A stretch of 64,000 nt of DNA, taken from Cycas panzhihuaensis. Taxonomy: Eukaryota; Plantae; Cycadophyta. The stretch's first letter is position 1; every line of letters starts with the position of its first letter. A program made the translations under genes and the position numbers. The stretch spans positions 122,271,741 through 122,335,740 of the forward strand of contig CM041465.1 in NCBI GenBank assembly GCA_023213395.1, written 5' to 3'. This document shows, in pieces, positions 41,501 to 54,780 of the stretch. The notes beneath the pieces were generated by a model. The model worked only from the letters and a program-made list of their open reading frames with translations. It made no database searches and had not been told where the DNA came from.

Positions 41501-43886
41501 CTATCAACTATGGGATCTAGAATTGAAGAAACTTGAGGTTTATTAGGGTGTTCAATTTAATGAGTTAATGACATATCACACTACAAGTGTCAAATCTAAG
41601 AAAGTTCCAGATCTGTTATGGTTATCAAATTATTCTTAGTTAGATGATAAGGATCCGAGTAAAGATGGCCAAATCAATGGAGATGTACTAGAGCAATAGT
41701 CATATGAGGAGGTGGTAGTGACATCAAGGCCCTTGAGACCCTAATGGATAAAAAAGACGATTGGAGCATCTAGTGTAACTATAGACCCATCAGATACTTA
41801 GAGAATTAGAAGTTAGTATAGCAGTCATGCTCTTATGGTAAATACCATATTCTCTTATAAGCCAAATTCTTTTACTAAAGTAGAGAAAAATCCTCAATGG
41901 TGAGTTATAATGGAGGAGGAGTATCATTCTATTTTGAAGAATAATGCTTGGGATCTAGTTCTATTACCTCTAAGGAAAATCTTGATTAGATGTAAGTGGG
42001 TCTACAAAATGAAATTCAAAGCCAATGGAAAAGTTGAAAAGCTTAAGGCCAGACTTATTGCCCAAGGTTTTAAATAGAAAGAAGGGATGGAATATGATGA
42101 GACTTCTACATCAATCTCAAGATGACTATGGTCAGATTGGTCCTTTCAATTACAACTAAATTTAGATGGGAGATATATCAAATGGATGTAAAGTCTAGAT
42201 TCCTTAATGTAGAACTAAAGGAGGATATTTACATGGTACAACCTCCTAGTTTCATTGAGGAAGGATATGAAAAATTTATGTGCCATTTAGAGAAATCTAT
42301 ATATGGTCTAAAGTAAGTAACGTGGGCATGGTTTATGAAGATTAATGCGACCTTAAAGGATAAAGGATTTGTTACAATAAATTTTGAGCCAAATTTATAT
42401 ATTAAGAAGCCTGCTTCATCTATTATGGCGATTATTTTGTATGTCAATGATTTAATCATTATAAGGAGTTATCATGAGGAGATTGTGGTGATGAAAGAAT
42501 GCTTATAGGAGAATTTTGATGTGATAAACATAGGGCTTATTCATTACTTTTTGGGCATCAAAATAAGGCAACTAAAAGATAAGATATTGGTGTCATAGAG
42601 GAAGTATTCTAAATCATTGCTTGAAAAGTTTAAGATGAAGGATTAAAAACCTACAAGAACATTGATTGTTAAATGCATGAAACTTTTGAAGGATATGAAA
42701 AAGCATGTAGTTGATAGAATGCTATATAAAAGTGATATCGAGAGTCTAATTTATTTAACTCATATCATGCTCGACCTTTCTTATGTTGTTAGATTAGTCT
42801 CTTGATATATGTAGAATCCTTAAGAGCCATATTGGGTTGAGATGGTGATCTATGATTATAAGGATTCACTGATGCTGATTATGGTAATGACTCTAATGAT
42901 AAAAAATCTACTACAAGATATGTGTTTGATATTGATGGTGGACCAATATCATGGCAATCAAAGGAATAATAGATTATTATATTATTTTCTATTAAGGTAG
43001 AGTACTAGGGACTCTTAGTAGGTGCTCATGAAATAATTTAGTTGAAAGGAATACTAGAAGTTCTTGACATTCAAAGCAATATAATAACTATCTTTATAGA
43101 TAATTAAAATATTATTCAATTGTCAAAGAATCTTCAGTTTCATGCTAGAACTAATCATATCGAGATATAACACCACTATATTCTAGAGATGGTCAAAGTA
43201 GGGAATCTAATTGTGAAATATTATTTGAGTGAAGAATAAATTGCAGATATGTTTATAAAGCTACTTACTAAAGATCATTTCAAAAGGATTGGTATAGAAT
43301 TAGGACTATGTAAGGTTTCCCTATAGGGGAGTTAAATCTACAAGGTTAACACTCACTCACCTTAAAGGTCATTTATGACACAATAGTTTTCTGCAATCAT
43401 ATGTTAAGTCCTTAACCTACATTTACATTAAAGAGAGATGTTAGTAACCATGGTTATGATTAACAAATAACAAAGTTAATGCTTCATATAGAAATAAGCA
43501 GTGGAAATCAGGAATGCGATATGAAGAGTCATGAGTATCAAGATTTAAAGGGACATAGAGGATTAAGATACAAAAGGGCATGAGTATCAAAGTTCAGCAG
43601 GGCACAACCAATTAGAAGAGTCTCGAAACTTTTGGGAGAGTCATAACTCTTCATGCTTGTAACCTTTAGATCATTTATAATGGATTTAAGATAGGGTAGA
43701 AGAGACATAAGAAGGAAATAATATAATTATTGGTGAATCTAATCAATCACCAACTCTTACTTCATATGTAGGTTTTTCTCTCGAAAGGGTTTTCCATATT
43801 AAAAATTATATACTCTGTGTTCATTCTTCTATTTGATTTCCATGTATGCTGTATAAAACTAATAAAGATCTGGCAGGAATTCTACA
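35536..43886 (+). mobile_element. Full-length degenerate Ty1/copia element ('D')
   Basis: LTRs 35536-35982 and 43439-43886; PBS TGGTATTAGAGC 35983-35994; gag from 39467 (MKNLPPIIFNGNNFSKW); protease WILDSG; integrase; RT ORF 42122-42316; RNase H to ~43320; purine tract before the 3' LTR. No clean TSD. Confidence 0.92.
37128..39172 (+). mobile_element. 2.0 kb non-autonomous gypsy-derived LTR element with a gag remnant ('E'), inserted in the leader of D
   Basis: 246-bp LTRs 37128-37373 and 38927-39172 (roughly 9% different by eye); TSD TATTT/TGTTT; PBS TGGTGTCAGAGC 37376-37387; PPT AGAGGGGAGGG; gag remnant DWVDDIEAY...VSLYL*GEAYLWF. Confidence 0.9.
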
Positions 43887-45734
43887 TGGCATTAGGGTAA
43901 GCCTGAGTATATGTACATTCTCACAATAACTATATTAATATATAACTTGTATCATCACCTATAACATATAATTTATCATCCATCATGCTTGTCTCCTACA
44001 AGTATTAACCTATATACTTGTAATCAACTATAGTAAATAACTTGTATGTTGTCATTTGTGTACATTAGTGACTAGTGAATATAAACCATCAATTATCATC
44101 CAACAACATCAACTGATATGTGAAGTATTTTCCTAAACATCTTCATAACTTCACTTCTAAAGCTATTGTATAATATCATTTCTGAATTAATTATCAATAA
44201 TATTAAGAAATAAATTAATTATTGGGTCCATATAAAACAATAACCATCTATTAAAATACATGGGTAACCAACCTTTACAATCACTATTTCTCTTAGTAAT
44301 TGTTTGAGATACACGATTCATTAGCTTTAAAGTACTTGGTATATGAGTAACATAAGCCTTTTATGTACGAGTTCTAACAACATAATCTAATGTGTTGTGA
44401 AAGAGTAGCTTGTGAAACTTTACATACCTCTTTCATACAAGATTTCTTTATGTGTTTTCTCAATTGCATACTTTAGCAACTCTCTTTTAGAAACTATTAA
44501 TTACTCATTATTAATAAACAATCATCAAACATACTAACTCTAGGAACAAGTCAAACTATTTAGTTAAGATAAGTTAGTTATAATAAGGTAATATAAATAA
44601 TATATTTTAATACCTCTTGTTATATATGATTAGTCAAATGTCTTATTGGAAAATTCTTTTTTTCTTTCACCTGGATAACCTTAATAACTAGTTATTAGCT
44701 AGATAAACTCAATAGCTAATTTAGTATGCTATGTAAATAATGTATGAGACTTCTATCTTTATCTCATAAAATAGGTGGAATTCTTAACTAACAACTACTT
44801 ATTTCTCCATAAAACAATTAAATTTGGCCCTTTATTAAGATATCGGGTGGTGTCATCATCATCAAACATGTGTCATCAATCATTCATTCATAAAATAATT
44901 AGGTGTCTAATACCAGGTGATATGTTTAATGAGAGCTATAGTTTACTAAACCAAATGTAGAAATTCCAAGGGTGTTTTTCATATCCAACATATGAACAAT
45001 GTTATCATATCATATATATCCTACTTCATATATTTTCCACCTGTTATAATCCTTTAAGATACCATAAATGAGCCTTTTTATATGAACTTTTAAATAAACC
45101 TTCTTTTTTCTTTCTTTATCAATCATGAATAATATCATCATCATTTGGAAGCATTTGAAAACATCTAAATATGTGATTTTTTTTTCTAAAAAAGCTTATA
45201 ATATACATCTTTTATAAGACTAAGAGCATTTTGATTAACTTTACCCATTAATATCTCTATCATCTAATGTTTGAAATATGTGATGCAACTACTCATTTCG
45301 ACTGTCTCAAAAATTTCTTTCCAACATAATTGATGGAATAAAAAATAAATACTCTAATAAAAAGTTATAGTAAAAAATGTGCCAATATATCCTTAAAAAT
45401 ATAGGATCCTAAACAAATTATGTTTAGCCACTTTTATCTTAGGCTACTAATCACGTGTTGAGTCCATGTGACCATTTATTAAATACTAAGGGGGTTTCAT
45501 AAATTTCAAATGTTATGAAAAATAGTTAATTTTTTTTTTATAAACGTAGAAAATTTTAAGTCTACCTTTATGAAATTTAAAATCTACAAGCTTGAAATCT
45601 TATAAAAAATAATTAAATTAACTGAATAACTTGTAATTTTTTATTTTATCATAAATTCCTGCATATGTATGCGAGAAATCCTTCTCTAAATTCACTATGT
45701 GGTAATGAGTGATTTATGTATAATATGTTTACAG

Positions 45735-46350
45735 TTTTCTCTTTCCTGCGGTTATTGCTTCATGTGATTGTTATTTATATGGGTAGATAGGTACTTCTTC
45801 TAATCTTCTCCTTGTGTGGTATTTGCTTAATATTTACATAGTTTCATCAATGTAGGTTGTTGACAATAGATTCCTTTATACTCTCCTATGTTCTCTATAT
45901 GGCTACAAGTTTCTATGCATACAAGTTTTCTATATAATATCATATGTGGGTATAAGTGGCACTTGTGGGCATAAGATTAATCTGTGTTCATGGTTATCTA
46001 TGGTATGACCATGGATCAGTAGGCAAATTTTTGTGAATATATAATATTAATTGAATTTGATTTATGCATCTTGTTCTTCATCTATAGGAAGTTGTGGCAG
46101 ATAAGGCATTGATAAAGGTCTCAAACTTTATTCCTTTTGTTATCTCTGTGTTGATAGTGATGTGGAGCACATTCTTATTTTATCAAGATATTTTATGTTT
46201 AATGGTAGAGAGCAAGTAATTTGACCAGTATGAATGAATTCAACTATTCCAAACCTTCCTTATCTATTTGTCTTCTCATTCATTTATTGTTTGTAGGTTG
46301 CTATATTTTCCATCAAGTTCTACATCTATTTTTCAACCTAATGCTATGTA
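45735..46350 (+). pseudogene. Putative captured multi-exon host gene fragment, product unidentified (hydrophobic)
   Basis: Three short GT-AG intervals with T-rich 3' ends: 45791-45855, 46003-46087 and 46216-46296. The intervening 147-nt and 128-nt segments are open in one spliced frame. Confidence 0.45.
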
Positions 46351-47748
46351 GGCTATTAATCTAATACTCATGGTTGTGACCTTTATTGCCTATGATCCTC
46401 CATGGTTATCTAAGATTCATGGCTGATGCTTAAAACCCTAATTTTAATCCCTTCATAATATACCTTAGTTTTTCATCAAATTATTAGATAATATAAAAAA
46501 TGCCTCATAAATATTATTAATATTTTCATCAAATAATAATATACCCTGAACTTGCTTTTTGTTTGCACATGATTTATCACATGATGAAGCATTCATACAA
46601 GTTGTATATAATGTAATCATATCATAATCAAACCATACATTTCTTTATATTTTACTTATTAGGGTTTGTTATCCAACAAATAAAATTTTGCCATAAATAT
46701 GTCCTCAAGTATTTCATAATACTATTAATATAATAATACTATCATAATATAATTAAATATTATTTCATACTATTATAATAATTTAATATATGCTTCATAT
46801 ATTATCATAATACCATAACCAATTTATATAATAACTCTTCATATACCATATGCATCAACATTTTTGTTTTTTTTACGTTTATACCTACCTTTTTTTATTT
46901 ATATCATCATCATCATTACCTTGCTCATTATTAACATTGTTCTATTTAACCCTATTTAAACATTAACATTTATCACATTATTTACTCATTACTTACTTCA
47001 TTATATAATTTAACATTAACTGAACTATATAGGTTAATAGTTTTTTCTATAAGTTTCATAAAAAAACTCTTATTTTTCATCGACTTTACTCATTCAATCT
47101 TAATTAGTCATTTCATTTTAAATTTTTACTAGTCTATAGAATATACAATATAATATACATAATTAAATAATAACATATATCAATCATAATAATAATAAAT
47201 TTATATTTTATATTTTAATTTTTATTTATATTATTTGTATTCTTATTTATTTCTTTTTCATCATACAATTCACTCCTCTATGTAGATCTCTTTCAGTCTT
47301 AGTATCCCCCCTAGTATAAAGTATACTGTCATAATCAATTTTAATCTCATCAAATCATAATCTCATCATCACTCATATAGACTCATATATATACTACATC
47401 ACATATTAGCTCTTTAATCTGCTTCATATGTTTTTTTTTCTCGTATTATTTTTTTTTTTTTCTACATATAATGACACAACACACACGACATTATTATAAT
47501 CTTATTAATACAATGTTAAAAATGTAAATTAGGTTTTGATAATGTATTAATTTTTTGATACCATTGATGAACATGTTTTGAGAGTGAATGTGTAATATAT
47601 ATAATAAGTATAATATAATAAAATAATAATAAAATAAATAAATAAATAATAAAATCATGAATATATATATAGGATATATAAATATATATAATAAATAATA
47701 ATAATCAATAACATGCATATCATAATAATAATAGATAATATATATATA

Positions 47749-47781
<33 letters not shown>

Positions 47782-48045
47782 AAAAGGTTGAGTTTGAGTA
47801 TTATTAAATATTTAGAATAAGTACATCTTTCTCAGTTTCTTCAAGTGGTTGTGGTTTATTATTATATATATATAATTCATGAGTAGGCTATTATTTCTCT
47901 TGAGTCTTTACATCATCTAATAGGATGTTTACATGGATATGTATGCCTATCACATCTCCTAATGCATTTGATGAGTGGTTTTGTGTATTTATCTACATCA
48001 TTAACATTAAGCATTTTATAGATGATAATATCGTATATTCCAATA

Positions 48046-49736
48046 AGAATAACTTGAATAATATCTGTAAAAGATTTGGAAAGGCAATCCCTTATATACC
48101 AAAATAGAATCATGTTAACAATATCCTCAAAAGTGTATGAAGACATGTAAATACATATGTTAATGGAATTCAAATACCTTGATATAACTATTTATAAAAA
48201 TATTATACGTCGAATGTAGGATTAGACATTAACAATATAAGCTCCTAAACTTTTATGAAGCATTTTGATCATTTCTAACTAAAATTTATAGTTAAATACC
48301 TATTTCCATAAGTATTAGGTGGTTTTTAAATAACCACAAAGAAATTGAAGATTTAAATTTGAGATGAGAATGATATCATAATTTATCATTTATAATGTAA
48401 CTTATGTTTTGATTTTTCTTTAGATGTTTTTTTCCCTTCATCGAATAAAATTATGTCCATGGTTAACTATTATTAATGCCCACTAATTGTCACTCATACT
48501 TCTTATAATATTTATTTAACTTACATAAAAGCTCATTTAATATTAATTCATCATTTATTAGGACTATACATTATTATTGAATTGTAGCACAATATGTAAT
48601 GCAATATAGATATCAAGTGGTTTGAATTTATAGGATCTTTACTTTTAATTTGGCATATGTTTATGAAAAAAATGTTTGAGTTTCATGGAAGCAAGAACTA
48701 TAATTAGAGAAAAATACCTCTTAGATAGATCAATTTTTGAATTAGGAACTTGTCAAATATATCACTCAAAACTCTATAAAAGCATTCTAGGGATAAAATA
48801 TTTAAATAAATAGTACTAGACAGAGAGGCCAAAAAATTAATTTTTAATGTTTCAAATAAAATCATGCTAATTGACTTAAAAATCATGATAATTATTATAT
48901 CTTTGTAAAAAATAACCTTATATAACTTGAAGATCTCCTCTCCCCCCTCCATCCTTTATCCCCCATCCTTCTTATTTTCCAAGTTTAATTTTACACTAGC
49001 TCTAAAAGGCTCCAAACCCTTGCTAGAAGTCTAATAACTTAGGAAATATCATAAATTTAATGGAAAATAAACGCTAACTTTAGTTATTTTCATGAAATAT
49101 ATAAAGAATAAAACTCAAGACTTACAAAATAGTCTTTCAACTTATAAACTCAACTTGATATAGAATGGAATGTGTAGTCAATAATAAATTATGATCATAT
49201 AATTGTTTATACCTTTGCAACACATTAATATAGAGCCTTCTCTAGGAAATTATTATATACTAATCATAGTTTTTAAAAGCCTAAATTTATATAACCTTGT
49301 AATAAAGATTCAATCATTTTTTAAATATAAATATCTTGATAAGATAAATGAGGCTCTAATATAGGAAAATTTATTGATCTCAATAATCTTTAGATTTATT
49401 AATCTCAAGATGTATGTATGTGCTCGCTTATTCACATGATGTCCCTTTGGGGAGGAGGAATGTTAAAGGAAATGCTTAATTACTATTATAAAATTATGTT
49501 AAGTTCCCTTTATCTCTCTCTTTGTTAAACTACGAGCACCTTGAACATGTGTATATTCACTCATTCATATAATGTCTCTTTTATGAGCTTAGAGATTCTC
49601 TTAGATCACTATGAGGTGAAGATACCTAGAGTATATATTTATTTAGAATCCAATATTTAGAGATGATGATTTCTCCTAATACTTATTATCTTGAGTTGTG
49701 TTGCACATTTATTTTATTTGTAGTCTCATATTAATA
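48046..49736 (+). mobile_element. Very decayed copia remnant ending in PPT and LTR (49461-~49736)
   Basis: PYIPK*N motif at ~48090; GGGGAGGAGGAA followed by TGTTAAAGG at 49461. Confidence 0.45.
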
Positions 49737-52599
49737 ACCTATTGATTTATTACTTCCACATATGTTATGGTATTTTTTTTTCAAAATTTTGGCCTCCTTC
49801 CCAAAATATAAGAATCTCATATATGATTTCATTCTCAATAGTTAGATATGTATTTGTTATTTCTCATTCACCTAATGTTGCATTTAATTACCTATATTTT
49901 CTTATTATTTTGTATTATGCTACACTATGATTGAACATTTACTTGGTTTGTTTATGCATATTAGATCTCTCCCTCTCTAATAATAGAATGGGGATCCATT
50001 TTCTATAATGCCCATATTATTATAGAGGTACAACTTCATAGACTAAGTTGAATGACAATTACTACTTTCTTAATTATCATTATTTTATATGCATGATCCT
50101 TTGTTATTGTTTTGCACTCTTTTAGCTCCTTTAAGTGTCCATGAGTTACCTTATATAGGTTAAATATAGGTTAAGCTACTCTTTGAGTTAGTTATCATAT
50201 AAGTTAAACATGAGCTTGTGCCCCTTTAGGGAATTTAATTTAATCAACACTAGTATTTTTTATGATTTTTCACTCACATTTATATTCTTTTAAAATTTTC
50301 CCCTAGATTTTAAATGAAATTGTTGATTTCACCTAAATCACTATGTAAAATTTTTTGAGTAAACATGAATCAAGTGGCCATGGATACAAAATAAACACTG
50401 TATGAGAAGGTTATACCTTTTTTATGATTTTGTCTTCTCCCATTAGTCTAGTTTTATAACACTTAAGGTTGACTTCATAATATCCCTTAAAAATAATACA
50501 ATTATCATTCACCAGTTTATAGAAATTGGTTTCAAACTATATCTTGATATTTTTTCTCTCTTTATCTTTTTTATTTTCATTATAAATACCCTTATTACTT
50601 TACTTTTGATATGGACTTTTTGGTTAATTACGACCTCACACCATTGCCATTTGCTACTTGCTAATGCTTAAGTAAGGTGCTTTAGATTACCATTATTATG
50701 GAATCTATATCAATATAGTTAGTTTGATCTCTTTCTTATATTTCACTTTTTATTTATTTGGATACTCATATATTTCATTTCATTTCCTTCCATTCTTATT
50801 GCTTGTTTAATTTATTGATTTAAGGTGACTATCAAGTGCACTCATATAGATTTATCCCAATCATTAGGTAACCTTGAAATTTACTTTTTATTTATTTTTT
50901 CTCTAATGACGAATAGGTGTTTGGTAGTTTTTTCATTATAATATCAACTTGTAAGTAGAAGGAAGGAAAGGAATCACAAGCACTTTAATAAGGATTTGTC
51001 ATCAAATAGAGACATATCTTTAGCATCAAATTAGGTAAGAGCCTCTTATACCCTATTAATTATTTTTAGAAAACAAAATAGAAGTAGCATATGTATATAT
51101 TATAATTTAAGAACTTTTCTTATTAAAAATCACATACATCTTATTATTCTTTAGTATAACTTACAAATATACTCTCATAAACTTTCATCACATATAGGAC
51201 ATATGTTGCTTGTAGTTTGAGATTTTTTCTCCTTTACTTAGGCGTACCTCAACTCTAAGTTTCATACTAAGTAGGAGAAGCAAAACCACTTTATAAAAAA
51301 ATAGTATCAAAGTGTGATTTTATTTTCTAATAGTATTATCAGATTGATCTAGGTATATTTTCTAATAATGCTTTCCCTTGATACTTTTAGTGGAGAAAAA
51401 TAATACCTTATCTTCTTCTGAACTAAGCATGAAGAGTATCATCATGGAATAAGAGTAGCTAAGTAGATGTTATTTTGGAGTATGAAAATAATATAACATT
51501 GATATAGTAATAATAAGAGCTAAGGAGTGAATCTTTCCTAACATATATCCTCCAACCCCGCTTACGTCCTCCATCTTAATATATAAAGGTAGATAGCCTT
51601 ATATGCTTATGGACTAATGATGTAGAATGGATTATTATATGATGAAGAGTGTCTTTATTACAAGTGTTATTTGTTATAATCTTATAGAACTAAGGAATAT
51701 TACTTTATCAATCTAATGCTTCTCTTTAAAGAGATAAAGTCTTAAGTGATGAAAAGTCATATGGCCATATAGTAGGGCCTTTCTATTATAGAATAAATTA
51801 ATACCCCTCAAATCAACCTATAGAAAAAAACCCACTTCCAAGTTGGATTCTCTATTAATAGTTTCCTTTATGGACATGTAAAATTTAGATTAAAATATAT
51901 AATGCATGTTAATATTAAGGACATAAAAAATATATATGTGGGATGTTAAACAGTAAAAAATAATATATGAGGTGAATGAATAACCCAAAGAATAATATAA
52001 ATAATCTAGTATATACTAATTAAAATATATAAACTTGAATGAAGTAAAGGCCAAATGTATCCTATTAATTATATTCATATGAAAAGAGCAAATACCAAAG
52101 GAAAAGATAAGATGGGATGTCAACTCACTAGAACAATATGATAATGCTCTCCTTTCTCTTCTTTTAGACTCAAATATAGGTGGTAGAAGATTATAGAGAT
52201 GGGAGCACAAGAGTGCATGATAATATTGAATATGTTTTTCTTATGAAGATAATTATTAGTAATCTTTTAAAACTAGTAATAACAACTCATAAACTAATTA
52301 TGGAAGTTAAATGATACTTTGAAATTAATTTAAAATCTATCAAACTAGTAAAACACATTCCAAACTAGCAAAAACTAGTGAAAATTACTAAAAACTAATA
52401 TCATGCTTCTAAAATATCCCTTTAAAAGAAACTTTCTTCCTCTTATTTAGAATCAATATGTACTATTAAAATTCATCCTAGTAGTCATATGATATATGTA
52501 AGTTGTGATGGAAGCAAGATGACCTTGATTTCAAGATGAATTAAAAGTGTTTCTCTCCATTAATAAATATACATAAGAAATGGAAAGCTAGTAGTATCA

Positions 52600-54200
52600 T
52601 GACTTGATGATGAAATTGATTAATGAGAACTAAAAACAATAAATGTGTCAAACTATAAGTCCTCCATAGAAGGTGAATGACAACAAGGAATTAAAATGGA
52701 GTGTAGTGATACATGTATAAGTTTCAAAGTATGTTGTAATAAGATTCCCCTTAGAAGGTGAGGATTCTAAACTAGGATGATAACTTAGGGCTTTGTAGTG
52801 AGGATGGTGGATAAGGGAACTAATCCCCATGCTAAAACTTTGTAATATAAGTAATCTAGAACATTTCCATAAATATTAAGAATTACTACTAGTTTGAGTA
52901 TGGAGGAAGGGGAAGAGAGAGTAAGGGTTGTATCTACATCATAAAGTAAATGGAGAGAAAATAAAGCATTTAATAAATATAACAATGAATGTAAAGTGTA
53001 GGCATGCCCATACTATGACTATAAAATAAAGTAAATAATGAAGAAACTAAAATAATAACAATGGCTCTATTAACCAACATGCCCCATATCATATATATAT
53101 ATATTAAAATAAATGTATGAAGAAATGTCTTATGAATACAAAATTGTATAAGATTATTAAAATGAAAGTGCCTAAGCATGTCATGAAACCAAGTCATCAT
53201 GGATGGACCTTCTGCTATGATAAAGTGCTAAAAGAGAATATGATATTTAAATAACCCACTACAAGAGTAAGATAGATATATCTTACAATGTGTATCTAGG
53301 AATGGGAATTTAGATCTACATATGTTTAGTTGAAGCTAGAAATTAATGATGCACCTATATAGCCTTCATTAGGTATGAATGGTCATTAATAATGACTCTT
53401 GTTAAAGGAAAATTATGGTAAGGCATATGTGAAAGGAGTGCCCTTGTGTATCTACTACTAGAATATAATTGATATGGATGAGTGCCAAAGGAGGTATATA
53501 TAGAAAATTACCTCATTGTTATATGTTAAAGGGGATAACTTATGATGGATGGGAGTAATTTAGGACATATTGACCGTGTCAATTAATGGATTAGACTAAT
53601 GAAGGGATTTCAAGGGGCTACAAGCAATGGAATAAAATAGAGTAGACCACCTTAATAGAAGGATTCAATGTGACCAATAAGATGGTAATCTCTTCAAGAG
53701 ATGGCTTAATGGAAGGATCCAACATTAATGGTAGGTGATGTAGAAATCCTAATTTAGAAGGAATCTAGAGTGATGGAAGGTTGTAGTCTCAATTATGTTA
53801 TACATAACTTATAAATGAATAGGTATAAATAACGTATTCTTACCAAAATATAAGGAAGATGGATGAGAAAAAGACCAATGCATAGTGTAACAGGAATCTT
53901 ATGAAATAGGTGGATGGATAATGATGGAGGTGAGGTATGCCTATTCTAAAACCATCCTATAATACTCAAACAAGTAGTATGGTGAAAACCCTTAAAGGAC
54001 AAGGCCTCAAAAAGGAAGGAATAACCCTATAGATGGGTTCCAATGTTTCAAAATATAGAGAAGAAGCATAATATAAAGCTAATATTGATAAGCATGACTT
54101 AATATTAAAAATCATAAAAAATAATTATATGAGAGATCATGGTAATGATGGAACTAGTGTAGCATAGGAATAATAAAATAATATAAAGAAAGACTTAGTG
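52600..54200 (-). mobile_element. Ancient LINE reverse-transcriptase remnant
   Basis: In minus-strand order: CYTMHWSF (AYDTV.W.FL-like, ~53885), LFYSIACSPL (~53630), TYNNEVIF (YADD-like position, ~53520). Boundaries undefined. Confidence 0.4.
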
Positions 54201-54780
54201 GAATAGATCTAAAATGTATCTCTAATAAAATTCTATATAAAAAAGTTGTTACATTCCTCAAAGTATATAATGTGGAATCCTAATCTATAGTAGGAGTGGG
54301 GATAAGGATTTAGGCTCTATGTTAATATATTACTCAAGACACTATGTGTTCTAGATGAGGTGGAGGGTAAAGAGTAACTTGGCATGGCAGGTAACGTATA
54401 GATAGATAAAAGTAATTAATGTAAAAAAATAAATGCATATAAGCCTATAATAGACCTATCATTACTACATGCAAGATTAGAAAGAAGCATTAGCTAATAA
54501 GATAAGATAGTAGATGAAAGAAATAATTACAATGAGTATAATACCATATTAAGACTAACAATAAAATGAGAATATTATTCTTAGATATCATATTAGTAGT
54601 AAAATAGGAAGAGTATAATAAAATAATCAAAATAAGCATAAATAAATTATGAAAGAAATGAAAATAGAATAGAAATTTAAAAATAATGATAAAATAAAAT
54701 ATATGTATTGAAACATTGTGAGCATTATATACTTAAAAAAAAAAAATTAATAAGGTTATAAAGGGGTTCTTCATCCATTA

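Noticed and set aside
45856-46002. Assignment of the captured fragment to DEK1 on a LYG.K.L resemblance
   Set aside because: The similarity is too short, and the flanking exons do not match what I recall; left unidentified.
49740-52600. Unassigned AT-rich stretch
   Set aside because: No motif, terminus or repeat that I could support; probably very old TE debris.
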